Origin: Desulfovibrionaceae bacterium
Lineage (GTDB): Bacteria; Desulfobacterota; Desulfovibrionia; Desulfovibrionales; Desulfovibrionaceae
NCBI GenBank assembly: GCA_030539415.1
Contig: JAUNSE010000017.1
Coordinates: 1 to 14,923, forward strand
Direction: 5' to 3'
Length of the DNA: 14,923 nt
Shown here: positions 1 to 6,787 of the stretch, piece after piece
Position numbering within the stretch: the stretch's first letter is position 1
Layout: each line of letters begins with the position of its first letter
The notes under the pieces: generated by a model
The model's input: only the letters and a program-made list of their open reading frames with translations
Databases searched by the model: none
Told to the model about the DNA's origin: nothing
Program-made: the position numbers and the translations under genes

Positions 1-227
1 CGTGGATCTGGGTCTATGGCCCGGAAGAAAATGCAAAAGTGAAGGTGAAAGCCCTTGTGACCGAGCGTGTGGCGCCGGGCGTGGCCTTCATGCCCTTCCA
101 CTTTGCGGGTTGGTTCATGGGCGAGGATCAGCGCGGGAAATATCCGGCTGGCACCGACCCGATTGTGCTTGGTGAATCCGTTAACACAGTCACCACCTAC
201 GGTTACGACCCGGTCACGGGCATGCAC
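1..227 (+). pseudogene. fdhA: 3' fragment of a molybdopterin-oxidoreductase / formate dehydrogenase catalytic (alpha) subunit gene. Frame 3 is open to the left window edge, and the fragment lacks its own last ~15 codons and stop.
   Basis: Reading from position 3 gives WIWVYGPEENAKVKVKALVTERVAPGVAFMPFHFAGWFMGEDQRGKYPAGTDPIVLGESVNTVTTYGYDPVT. From memory this matches the C-terminal beta-barrel domain of periplasmic Desulfovibrio-type FdhA (PFHFxG ... GExxNxxTxYGYDxVTqMQEtK). The GTG at 39 in the ORF track is only the first possible start, because the frame is open upstream of it. Confidence 0.55.
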
Positions 228-1034
228 ACGCTCTTCACCGGCCTGCTGCCCAGACACTATTTCATGGAGCGGCCGACCTGCCGCTTTGACAGCCCCTTCG
301 ATCCGGCAAGCCTTGATGACGCGCGGCGCATCATGGCCGAGCGCGCGGACGAGCTGGCGGCCGTCATTCTTGAGCCCGTGGTGCAGGGCGCGGGCGGCAT
401 GTGGATGTATCATCCCGCCTACCTCGAGGGGCTGCGCGGGCTCTGCGACGAGTACGACATCCTGCTCGTGGCCGATGAAATAGCCACCGGCTTCGGCCGC
501 ACCGGCCGCCTCTTCGCCTGCGAGTGGGCCGGCATCACGCCCGACATCTGCTGCCTCGGCAAGGGACTAACAGGCGGCATGATGACCGGCGCCGTCACTC
601 TGGCCACGAGCCGCGTGGCCGAGGGCATAGGCCATGCCGACGCGGCCCGGGGCGGAGGCGTGCTCATGCACGGGCCGACCTTCATGGCCAACCCGCTCTT
701 CTGCGCAGCCGCCCTGGCCAGCATGGACGAACTCATGGCCTCGCCCTGGCAGGAGCGCGTCCTGGGACTGGAGAAACGCCTGCGGGAGGGGCTAGCCCCC
801 TGCGCCGGCAGGCCGGGCGTGCGCGACGTGCGCGTGCTCGGCGCCATTGGCGTGGTGGAAACCGAGCGTCCGGTGAACATGCGCGTGCTGCAGGACTTCT
901 TTGTGGAGCAGGGCGTCTGGATCAGGCCCTTCGACCATCTGGTCTACATCATGCCGCCCTTCATCACGCCGGCCGAAGACGCCGACAGGCTGTGCGCGGC
1001 CGTGCGCGCGGCCGTGGACGGGGGCCTGATATAG
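207..1034 (+). pseudogene. bioA: Adenosylmethionine-8-amino-7-oxononanoate aminotransferase (BioA) lacking roughly its first 150-170 residues and fused in frame to the fdhA fragment.
   Basis: DPVTGMHTLFTGLLPRHYF...AAVILEPVVQGAGGMWMYHPAYL...LLVADEIATGFGRTGRLFACEWAGITPDICCLGKGLTGG...HGPTFMANPL...VRVLGAIGVVE...FFVEQGVWIRPF..LVYIMPPF is colinear with E. coli BioA from DPDNSMHSLWKGYLP to the C-terminus. It includes the PLP-lysine motif CLGK and ends at TAG 1032-1034. GC3 is high throughout. Confidence 0.85.
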
Positions 1035-1147
1035 TCCGCGGAACGCGGGGACGGGCGGCACTTTCATTGAAGGCGGAAGGGCCGCTGGCCGGCCGGCTCT
1101 CAGGAAGGATGGTCGTTTCTCTTTGCCTTTCGAGAGACAGCTGCCGC

Positions 1148-1188
1148 GTGAAAAGCCTGATTTTTAACTGTTCGGTTAAATCTGCCAT
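1148..1188. repeat. Copy 1 of a ~40-bp AT-rich intergenic motif with palindromic core TTAACTG-TT-CGGTTAA (1164-1179).
   Basis: gtgaaaagcctgatttttaactgttcggttaaatctgccat aligns by eye with the copies at 1363 and 1580. Confidence 0.8.
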
Positions 1189-1362
1189 GCGGCACGGTGA
1201 CGGACAGACCGGAAACAGACAGGCGGGAACAGCCTCCCGGGACCCGAGCCCGGGACCGGCATGGCACATGGTCCGCTGTGAAGATTCAGGCCGCGGCCCC
1301 TGAGGGCTCCGCATTGTGAAGCGGCATATCTTCAGCTGCTCCGACCTGCGGGCGATGCGGAC

Positions 1363-1404
1363 GTGAAAAAACTCGATTTTTGACCGTTCGGTTAAGTTTT
1401 CCAT
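1363..1404. repeat. Copy 2 of the motif, with core TTGACCG-TT-CGGTTAA (1380-1395).
   Basis: gtgaaaaaactcgatttttgaccgttcggttaagttttccat. The core starts 216 bp after the core of copy 1. Confidence 0.8.
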
Positions 1405-1579
1405 TGTGTGCCTGATGTCCGGCTGAATGGCAGGGATGGTCTGGAAGGGTGCCCGGAGACGGCGGGCATCCGGACGTCCGTCGCAAAGACGCGTGCCGCT
1501 CCTGCGGCCCGCTCCGCGGAGAGCAGTCCCAAGGATTCTTCAGTTTCTGTTTCTGGCGAACTGAGGACACGGACGGGAG

Positions 1580-1619
1580 CGACAAGCCCTGTTTTTGACC
1601 GTTCGGTTATATCTGTCGA
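1580..1619. repeat. Copy 3 of the motif, with core TTGACCG-TT-CGGTTAT (1595-1610).
   Basis: cgacaagccctgtttttgaccgttcggttatatctgtcga. The core starts 215 bp after the core of copy 2. The flanks are more diverged than in copies 1 and 2. Confidence 0.7.
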
Positions 1620-1620
1620 G

Positions 1621-1660
1621 GGAAAAGCCCGGCGGGTGCAGACGGCAGGACGGCCCGCCG
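1621..1660 (-). terminator. Candidate rho-independent terminator for the menBCE transcript.
   Basis: The minus strand reads CGGCGGG-(17 nt loop)-CCCGCCG followed by GGCTTTTCC. The 7-bp all-GC stem pairs 1630-1636 with 1654-1660. The loop is large, so the structure is only moderate. A weaker alternative (CCGC/GCGG-type stem followed by CTTTTGGG) lies at about 1693-1720, closer to the menE stop. Confidence 0.35.
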
Positions 1661-1760
1661 CGTGCTGAGGAAGAGCATAAGGAAACATCCTCCCAAAAGC
1701 CGCAGCCTTCCGGCGGATATTCCGTCATCTGCACAGGCGGCGCCGCCCCAAAAAACGCGT

Positions 1761-2888
1761 CTACAGCCTGCCAGCGAGTTCGATGGCCAGCCTGCGGGCC
1801 TGCTTGCGGGCCTTCTTGCCGGTCTCGGTCATGGGGATTTCCCTGGCGTGCAGATAGGTCCTGGGCACCCAGTACTTGGGCAGCACGTGCCGGCAGATCT
1901 TCTCCAGGCTCTCGTCGCTTTCCTGCCCCGTGTGTATCAGGCAGATCCGTTCGCCGAGGCGGCTGTCGGGCAGGGCGGTCACGCAGAACGGGCTGCGGAT
2001 GACCGGCTCGAGCAGTTCCTCGACGGATTCAATCAGCACCTTGATGCCGCCGCTGTTGATGACATTGTCGCTGCGGCCCAGAATGCGGAAGCGTCCGTGG
2101 CTGTCCAGCTCGGCAATGTCGTGGGTGACCAGTTCGCGCTCGACCACCTTCGGCGCCTGAATGGCCAGCGTGCCCTCCTCGGTGAGGCGGACCCGGACAT
2201 TGGGCAGGGTCGTGAACCATTCCGAGGCGGAGGGGCCGTTGATGCGGCGCAGGGCGATGTGGCTCAGGGTTTCGGTCATGCCGTACGAGGACCAGACCTC
2301 GTTGGGAAAGACGGCGAGGCTTTTCGCAAGCTGCGCGCTGATGGCGCCGCCGCCGAGGAGCAGGCAGCGCACCTCGCGCAGACGCTCCGCCGTCTCCGGC
2401 TCCTGCAGGCTGGTGTATGCCTGCATGGGGGTCAGCGCCGCAAAGTCCACATGCTGGCGCACCTCGCGCAGCGGCGAGGACGAGGGTGTGACCGGGAGGA
2501 GGTTCAGGCCGGCCAGAAGCGCCCGCACCACGACCATGCGGGCCGCTATGTAGCGCATGGGCATGGCCAGCAGGGCCGTCTGCCCGGCCGTCAGCCCCAG
2601 GGCCTGGCAGGTGGCTCTGGCGCTCGCGGCCATGCGCTCCTTTTCCACGGCCATGGGCTGCGGCTCTCCGGTGGAGCCGGAGGTGAAGACCGTCAGGGTG
2701 GGCGAGGGCTTCCGCCATTCGGCCAGAAAGCGGGCCAGGTCTCCGAGAAAGCCCTCGTGGCACAGATAGCGCTGGATGAAGACTCCCCTCATGTCGCCGT
2801 CGAAGCGCACGCCGTCAATGGTGACCGGCAGTGCGCGCAGTTCGTCCAGAGTCAGATGTTCGCTCAGGCTGGTATCGGAGACCGTCAT
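1761..2888 (-). CDS. menE: O-succinylbenzoate-CoA ligase (short-form acyl-CoA synthetase, 375 aa).
   Basis: It has the AMP-binding motifs TSGSTGEPQ and SSYGMTET...GRSDNVINSGGIK. It is the last gene of a menF-D-B-C-E cluster. A GCGAGG Shine-Dalgarno-like sequence lies upstream of the ATG at 2888, and GC3 is high. Confidence 0.85.
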   Translation of the reverse strand: MTVSDTSLSEHLTLDELRALPVTIDGVRFDGDMRGVFIQRYLCHEGFLGDLARFLAEWRKPSPTLTVFTSGSTGEPQPMAVEKERMAASARATCQALGLTAGQTALLAMPMRYIAARMVVVRALLAGLNLLPVTPSSSPLREVRQHVDFAALTPMQAYTSLQEPETAERLREVRCLLLGGGAISAQLAKSLAVFPNEVWSSYGMTETLSHIALRRINGPSASEWFTTLPNVRVRLTEEGTLAIQAPKVVERELVTHDIAELDSHGRFRILGRSDNVINSGGIKVLIESVEELLEPVIRSPFCVTALPDSRLGERICLIHTGQESDESLEKICRHVLPKYWVPRTYLHAREIPMTETGKKARKQARRLAIELAGRL

Positions 2889-2925
2889 CTGAAGACCTCG
2901 CTTTCCGGCTTGTCCCCGCCGGGTG

Positions 2926-3993
2926 TCAGTTGTGGGAAAGACCCAGCCAGGCGGTCAGATCCGGCTCGGGTCTTGCGGGATCGCAGTGCACGACGGGCCC
3001 CCTCATGGCCGAGGGCATGCCCTCGCAGTTGTCCGTGAAGAGCTGGCCCGTGCCGAGGCCCTGCGGCATGTCGCAGGGCCGCTTTGCCCGCCACTGGGCA
3101 ATGGCGTTGAGACCGATGTTGGATTCCAGGGCGCTGGTCACCCAGAAGCCGCAGCCGTACTGTCCGGCCAGGTCAATCCACTCCTCGCAGCCCTTCATGC
3201 CGCCGTGCAGGGTTGGCTTGAGCACCAGCCAGGCGGGGCGGATGACGGCCAGCAGATCCTCTCTGGCCTCCTCGGGCACGCCGATGAGCTCCTCGTCCAG
3301 CGCCAGGGGCACGGGCGACCTGCGGCAGAGCTCGGCCATGAGCGGCCACTGGCCCTGACGCACCGGCTGCTCCAGGGAGTGGGGCCTGAAGGAGGCCAGG
3401 ATTTCCAGACGCTCCATGGCATTCTCCGGCGTGAAGGAGCCGTTGGCGTCCAGGCGTATCTCGAGCTCGGCCGGATCGGGGCAGCGCTCGCGCACGCGGC
3501 GCAGCAGATCGCATTCGCTCTCGAAGTCGATGCCGCCGATCTTGAACTTGAGGCAGTGGAAGCCTTGGGCCAGCTTGGCCTCCATGCGCTCGAGCATCCT
3601 GTCGTGATCCCCCATCCACACAAGGCCGTTGATGGGCACGTCCTCCTCGCCGCGGCTGAAGGCCGTGTCGAAGAAGCGCAGGGAGCCGGCTCTGAGATGA
3701 CAGAGAGCCGTCTCCAGGCCGAAGCGCATGGAGGGACAGCCGGCGGGCACGGACGCGTAGAGATCGCCGGTTTCGCAGAACTGGAAGCAGCAGGCCTCCA
3801 GACGCTCCGCGTAGTCCGGGCCGGCATCGGCGCTCAGATCGTGCAGGGGGGCGCATTCGCCGACGCCAGTGCGGCCCTCGCCGTCCGAGAGAACCACATA
3901 CCAGACCTGGCGCACGGTGTAGACGCCGCGCGAGGTGCCGGCAGGCTCCCTGAAGTGCAGAAGGCGGGGGACAATGGTAAACTGCCAGGCCAT
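2926..3993 (-). CDS. menC: O-succinylbenzoate synthase (enolase/MR-MLE superfamily).
   Basis: The N-terminus FREPAGTSRGVYTVRQVWYVVL...GVGECAPL and the barrel segments CLKFKIG, IRLDANG and LALDEEL (metal-binding D/E positions) are typical of MenC. It sits between menB and menE. Confidence 0.85.
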   Translation of the reverse strand: MAWQFTIVPRLLHFREPAGTSRGVYTVRQVWYVVLSDGEGRTGVGECAPLHDLSADAGPDYAERLEACCFQFCETGDLYASVPAGCPSMRFGLETALCHLRAGSLRFFDTAFSRGEEDVPINGLVWMGDHDRMLERMEAKLAQGFHCLKFKIGGIDFESECDLLRRVRERCPDPAELEIRLDANGSFTPENAMERLEILASFRPHSLEQPVRQGQWPLMAELCRRSPVPLALDEELIGVPEEAREDLLAVIRPAWLVLKPTLHGGMKGCEEWIDLAGQYGCGFWVTSALESNIGLNAIAQWRAKRPCDMPQGLGTGQLFTDNCEGMPSAMRGPVVHCDPARPEPDLTAWLGLSHN

Positions 3994-4002
3994 GTCTTGT
4001 TC

Positions 4003-4824
4003 CTACGGAAATTTGGGGTAGTCGCGGAAGTTGGGCTTGCGCTTCTCGAGAAAGGCCTTGCCGCCCTCCTGCGCCTCGTCGGTGAGGTAGTAGAGCAGGG
4101 TGGCGTCGCCGGCCAGCTCCTGAATGCCGGCCTGGCCGTCGAGTTCGGCGTTCAGGCCGACCTTGATCATGCGCAGGGCCATGGGGCTCATCTCCATCAT
4201 GCGCTCGCACCAGGCCACGGTCTCGTCCTCGAGCTGGTCGAAGGGCACGACCTTGTTGACCAGGCCCATGTCCAGTGCCTCGGCGGCCGAGTACTGACGG
4301 CACAGGAACCAGATTTCGCGGGCCTTCTTCTGCCCCACGATGCGGGCCAGATAGCTCGAGCCGAAGCCGGCGTCGAAGCTGCCCACGTGGGGGCCGGTCT
4401 GGCCGAAGATGGCGTTCTCGGAGGCGATGGTCAGGTCACAGACCACGTGCAGCACGTGGCCGCCGCCGATGGCATAGCCGTTGACCATGGCGATGACGGG
4501 CTTGGGCAGACTGCGGATCTGCTTCTGCACGTCCAGAATGTTGAGGCGCTTCACGCCGTCCTTGCCGCGGTAGCCGCCGCGGTCCTTGACGTGCATGTCC
4601 CCGCCGCTGCAGAAGGCCTTGTCGCCGGCGCCGGTCAGGATGACCACGTCGATGTCCTGGCATTCGCGGCAGTAGGCGAAGGCGTCGGACAGCTCCTTGG
4701 TGGTCTCGGGAGTGAAGGCGTTGCGGTAGCGGGGGCGGTTGATGGTGATGCGGGCTATGCCGTTGTACCAGTCGAAGAGAATCTCCTCGTACTGCTTGAT
4801 GGTTTTCCATTCGCGGGCGGCCAT
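4003..4824 (-). CDS. menB: 1,4-dihydroxy-2-naphthoyl-CoA synthase (crotonase fold, 273 aa).
   Basis: [37 protein letters not shown]...FCSGGDMHV...[20 protein letters not shown]...[13 protein letters not shown] is strongly MenB-like. The ATG at 4824 is preceded by AAGGAGA. I treat the track ORF extending to 5460 as a spurious upstream extension. Confidence 0.92.
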   Translation of the reverse strand: MAAREWKTIKQYEEILFDWYNGIARITINRPRYRNAFTPETTKELSDAFAYCRECQDIDVVILTGAGDKAFCSGGDMHVKDRGGYRGKDGVKRLNILDVQKQIRSLPKPVIAMVNGYAIGGGHVLHVVCDLTIASENAIFGQTGPHVGSFDAGFGSSYLARIVGQKKAREIWFLCRQYSAAEALDMGLVNKVVPFDQLEDETVAWCERMMEMSPMALRMIKVGLNAELDGQAGIQELAGDATLLYYLTDEAQEGGKAFLEKRKPNFRDYPKFP

Positions 4825-4892
4825 GTTGTCTCCTTGCGCGGACTGGGGGGATAGGGAAGGGCAGCATCCGGCGGGGCCGGGCTGCAGAAATG

Positions 4893-4922
4893 GTTGTACT
4901 CTTGCAGAGCCGTGCAAATCAA
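4893..4922 (-). promoter_or_regulatory. Possible menB promoter with an embedded palindromic operator.
   Basis: The minus strand reads TTGATT-N18-TACAAC, each hexamer matching the consensus at 4 of 6 positions. The spacer contains the perfect inverted repeat TTGCA-N6-TGCAA (plus-strand 4902-4917). The element lies downstream of the intercistronic terminator and about 70 nt upstream of the menB ATG. Confidence 0.2.
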
Positions 4923-4953
4923 GTTCGCGGGCGGAAAGGGGCATTCCGTTCCG

Positions 4954-5009
4954 AAAAACGCCCGCGGCAAAGGCGCGGGCGCCGCCCTCCCGACAGGAGA
5001 GCGGCGCCC
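4954..5009 (-). terminator. Tandem hairpins between menD and menB. An upstream 14-bp stem-loop overlaps by 5 nt a canonical intrinsic terminator.
   Basis: Minus-strand hairpin A (4977-5009) is GGGCGCCGCTCTCC-TGTCG-GGAGGGCGGCGCCC, with one G.U pair. Hairpin B (4959-4981) is CGCCCGCG-CCTTTGC-CGCGGGCG followed directly by TTTTT (4954-4958). I verified both by reverse-complementing the given sequence. Confidence 0.6.
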
Positions 5010-5044
5010 GGACAATCTGTCTGTTCGCGGCCCGTGCGGCCTGC

Positions 5045-6778
5045 TCAGCAGGGACGGCCATCCCTGGACAGCGTCTCCCTGAGCTCGCGGACAAGCGCCT
5101 TCGCCGCCGCGGCGCTTGTCCCGGCATCGGTGAAGATTTCGAGCAGCGCCGGCCTTTCGGCCCGGGCCAGGTTCCGCACGGCGGCCTCGAGAGCAGCCCC
5201 GTCACGGACGGCAAGATAGTCGAGACCGGCCTCGCGGGCGCGGGCCTCGGCGGAAAAGCTGTTCGAGCCGGCGATGAAGCGGTCCCTGTGCGGCGAGTCC
5301 AGACCGGGCAGGGTGCGGAAGATGTTGCCGCCGCCGTTGTTGAAGACCGCCACGCGCAGGTTGGCGGGCAGGCTTTCGCGCCAGAGGGCGTTGCTGTCGT
5401 AGAAGAAGGAGAGGTCGCCGATGAGGCAGAAGACGGGTCTGTCCGGAAGGGCGCGGGCATTGCCGCAGGCCGCGGAGAGGGAGCCGTCTATGCCGTTGAC
5501 GCCGCGGTTGCAGAAGACCCTGGTGCCGGCCGGCAGGGGGAAGTACTGGGCATTGCGCACGGGCGAGGAGTTGGCCAGATGCAGGCAGCAGTTTTCGGGC
5601 AGTCCCGCGAGGACGGTGCCCATGGCGCTCAGATCGCAGTAGCCGGCGGCTTTTGCCGGCAGCGGGCCGGCCATGAGCGCGCCAAGCCGCTCCTGGGCCG
5701 CAAGCCAGGCCCGGGCAAAGGCATAGTCCCCGGCGGACCGCCGCGGCAGGGCCGCGGCGACGGCGGCAAGAACGCCCGCGCTGCCGGCGCGCAGAATTCG
5801 CGTCAGATGCTGGAAGAGGTCCGGCACCGAGCCGTCCTCGGCGCCGACATGCCAGTGCTCGATGCCGGACAGGCCGCGCAGAAAGAGTTTCAGGCGCTTG
5901 CAGACAATGTGTCCGCCCACGGTAATGACAAGATCCGGGGCGAGTGCGGCAAGCTCGTCATTTTCTGATGTTGCGAGAATGAGGTCTGTCAGGGTGATGA
6001 CAGAATGCGCGCCTCCACCGCTTTCCGGATCGGAGAGCGTGCGGGGCAGGTTGGCCAGATGCTCGGCGGAAATCGCGCAGCCCCTTGCCGCCAGTGCTGC
6101 CAGCGCGGCCTGCGTGGCGGCATCGGGCGGCATCTGTCCGGCCACCACGAGAATGCGGGAGAAGCGGCCGAGGGCCTCGCGGGCCGCCTCGCTCAGAGTG
6201 AAGCCGCACGCCCGCTCCTCGCTGATGACGCGGGGCTCGGGCAGGCTTTCCACAGTCGCGGAAAAGAGCGGCTCGGACAGGGGCACGTTGATGTGCACGG
6301 GTCCTGGCACGGGCCCCCTGCAGAGCAGAAGGGCCTGACTGAGCAGGCGGCCGGCATGCCACATGTCGCCGTTCTCGGGCAGGGACACCGCGCAGCGGAT
6401 ACAATTGTCCAGCGCGCCCGGCTGGCGCATGGTCTGGCCGTCGCGCTGATCAATCCAGGCGGACGGCCTGTCCGCGGAAATCACGACCAGAGGCACTTCC
6501 TGGTAATACGCCTCGGCCACGGCCGGCGCCGCGTCCAGCAGGGCCGACCCCGAGGTCACGCACAGGGCCACGGGCTCCCGCAGGGCCTCGGCCATGCCCA
6601 GAGCCTCGAAGGCCGCGCTGCGTTCGTCCACGGCAGGCAGGCAGTCCAGGTCCGGACACGAGGCCATGGTGTGGGCCAGCGGGGCGTTGCGGGAGCCGGC
6701 GCAGACAACGGCGCGCCGTATCCCGTGCGCGGCCAGCCGGGCCGCGACCTCGCGGACAAGCGGATTGTCTGAATACAT
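5045..6778 (-). CDS. menD: 2-succinyl-5-enolpyruvyl-6-hydroxy-3-cyclohexene-1-carboxylate (SEPHCHC) synthase, ThDP-dependent.
   Basis: The 577-aa product has N-terminus [12 protein letters not shown]...[14 protein letters not shown]...[31 protein letters not shown] and a C-terminal ThDP motif region [12 protein letters not shown]...NNGGGNIF. Its start lies 9 nt after the menF stop. Confidence 0.9.
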   Translation of the reverse strand: MYSDNPLVREVAARLAAHGIRRAVVCAGSRNAPLAHTMASCPDLDCLPAVDERSAAFEALGMAEALREPVALCVTSGSALLDAAPAVAEAYYQEVPLVVISADRPSAWIDQRDGQTMRQPGALDNCIRCAVSLPENGDMWHAGRLLSQALLLCRGPVPGPVHINVPLSEPLFSATVESLPEPRVISEERACGFTLSEAAREALGRFSRILVVAGQMPPDAATQAALAALAARGCAISAEHLANLPRTLSDPESGGGAHSVITLTDLILATSENDELAALAPDLVITVGGHIVCKRLKLFLRGLSGIEHWHVGAEDGSVPDLFQHLTRILRAGSAGVLAAVAAALPRRSAGDYAFARAWLAAQERLGALMAGPLPAKAAGYCDLSAMGTVLAGLPENCCLHLANSSPVRNAQYFPLPAGTRVFCNRGVNGIDGSLSAACGNARALPDRPVFCLIGDLSFFYDSNALWRESLPANLRVAVFNNGGGNIFRTLPGLDSPHRDRFIAGSNSFSAEARAREAGLDYLAVRDGAALEAAVRNLARAERPALLEIFTDAGTSAAAAKALVRELRETLSRDGRPC

Positions 6779-6787
6779 GGCCCGGTC

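Noticed and set aside
1164-1179. BirA (biotin) operator next to bioA, suggested by the GGTTAA/TTAACC half-site resemblance.
   Set aside because: As I recall them, BirA operators have two ~9-bp half-sites separated by about 15 bp and lie upstream of bio genes. Here the half-sites are only 2 bp apart and the sites are downstream of a truncated bioA.
1262-1277. Sigma54-like element TGGCAC-N5-CCGCT on the plus strand.
   Set aside because: The GG-N10-GC spacing fits, but the -12 box (CCGCT versus TTGCW) is weak. No gene lies downstream, and the element is not repeated in the other units.
1164-1408. Sigma70 promoters using the TTGACC inside the repeats as the -35 element.
   Set aside because: At 16-18 bp downstream the candidate -10 hexamers are CATGCG, CATTGT/ATTGTG and CGAGGG, matching at most 3 of 6 positions. 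Reverse-strand candidates (ATGGCA/ATGGAA/TCGACA ... AAAAAT/AAAAAC) are equally poor.
1162-1612. Integron attC sites or a gene-cassette array, suggested because the core resembles inverse-core/core boxes (TTTTAAC-N6-GTTAAAT versus RYYYAAC...GTTRRRY).
   Set aside because: Only copies 1 and 2 satisfy GTTRRRY. The left box fails the R position, and in copies 2 and 3 it is GAC rather than AAC. No complementary R''/L'' partner lies within 150 bp to complete an attC hairpin, the 215-bp units carry no ORFs, and no intI is visible. I keep it only as a loose analogy within the repeat finding.
1148-1619. CRISPR array interpretation of the three repeats.
   Set aside because: The repeat spacing is about 215 bp, with 'spacers' of about 175 bp rather than 26-72 bp. 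There are only three imperfect copies and no cas genes in the window.
964-1688. Small ORFs in the convergent gap (964-1404 minus, 1286-1585 minus, 1392-1688 minus, 1408-1668 plus). They include the recurring peptide-like strings NLTERSKI, DLTEQLKI and DITERSKT.
   Set aside because: The recurring peptides are simply translations of the DNA repeat. Copy 3 falls in a different frame because of the 215 versus 216 bp spacing. GC3 is much lower than in the real genes, there are no Shine-Dalgarno sequences, and the compositions are not protein-like.
1736-1755. 12-bp perfect palindrome GGCGGCGCCGCC next to an A6/T6 tract just past the menE stop.
   Set aside because: On the minus strand the T-tract precedes the palindrome rather than following it. 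The palindrome would also leave almost no loop, so it is not a functional intrinsic terminator in either orientation.
2923-4854. 643-aa plus-strand ORF, together with similar long ORFs at 1662-3038, 4739-5968, 6005-6772, 7280-7951, 8942-10594, 10717-12348 and 12711-13811.
   Set aside because: All lie antisense to genes with clear family motifs. Their translations are low-complexity A/G/R/L/V-rich strings with no recognisable domains. Such stop-free shadow frames are expected opposite GC3-rich genes in ~65% GC DNA.
4825-5460. Upstream extension of the menB frame (track ORF 4003-5460, 485 aa).
   Set aside because: The MenB homology begins at MAAREWKT (ATG 4824), which has an AAGGAGA Shine-Dalgarno sequence. 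The extension runs through the terminator hairpins and out of frame into the 3' end of menD, and it is P/S/A/R-rich nonsense.
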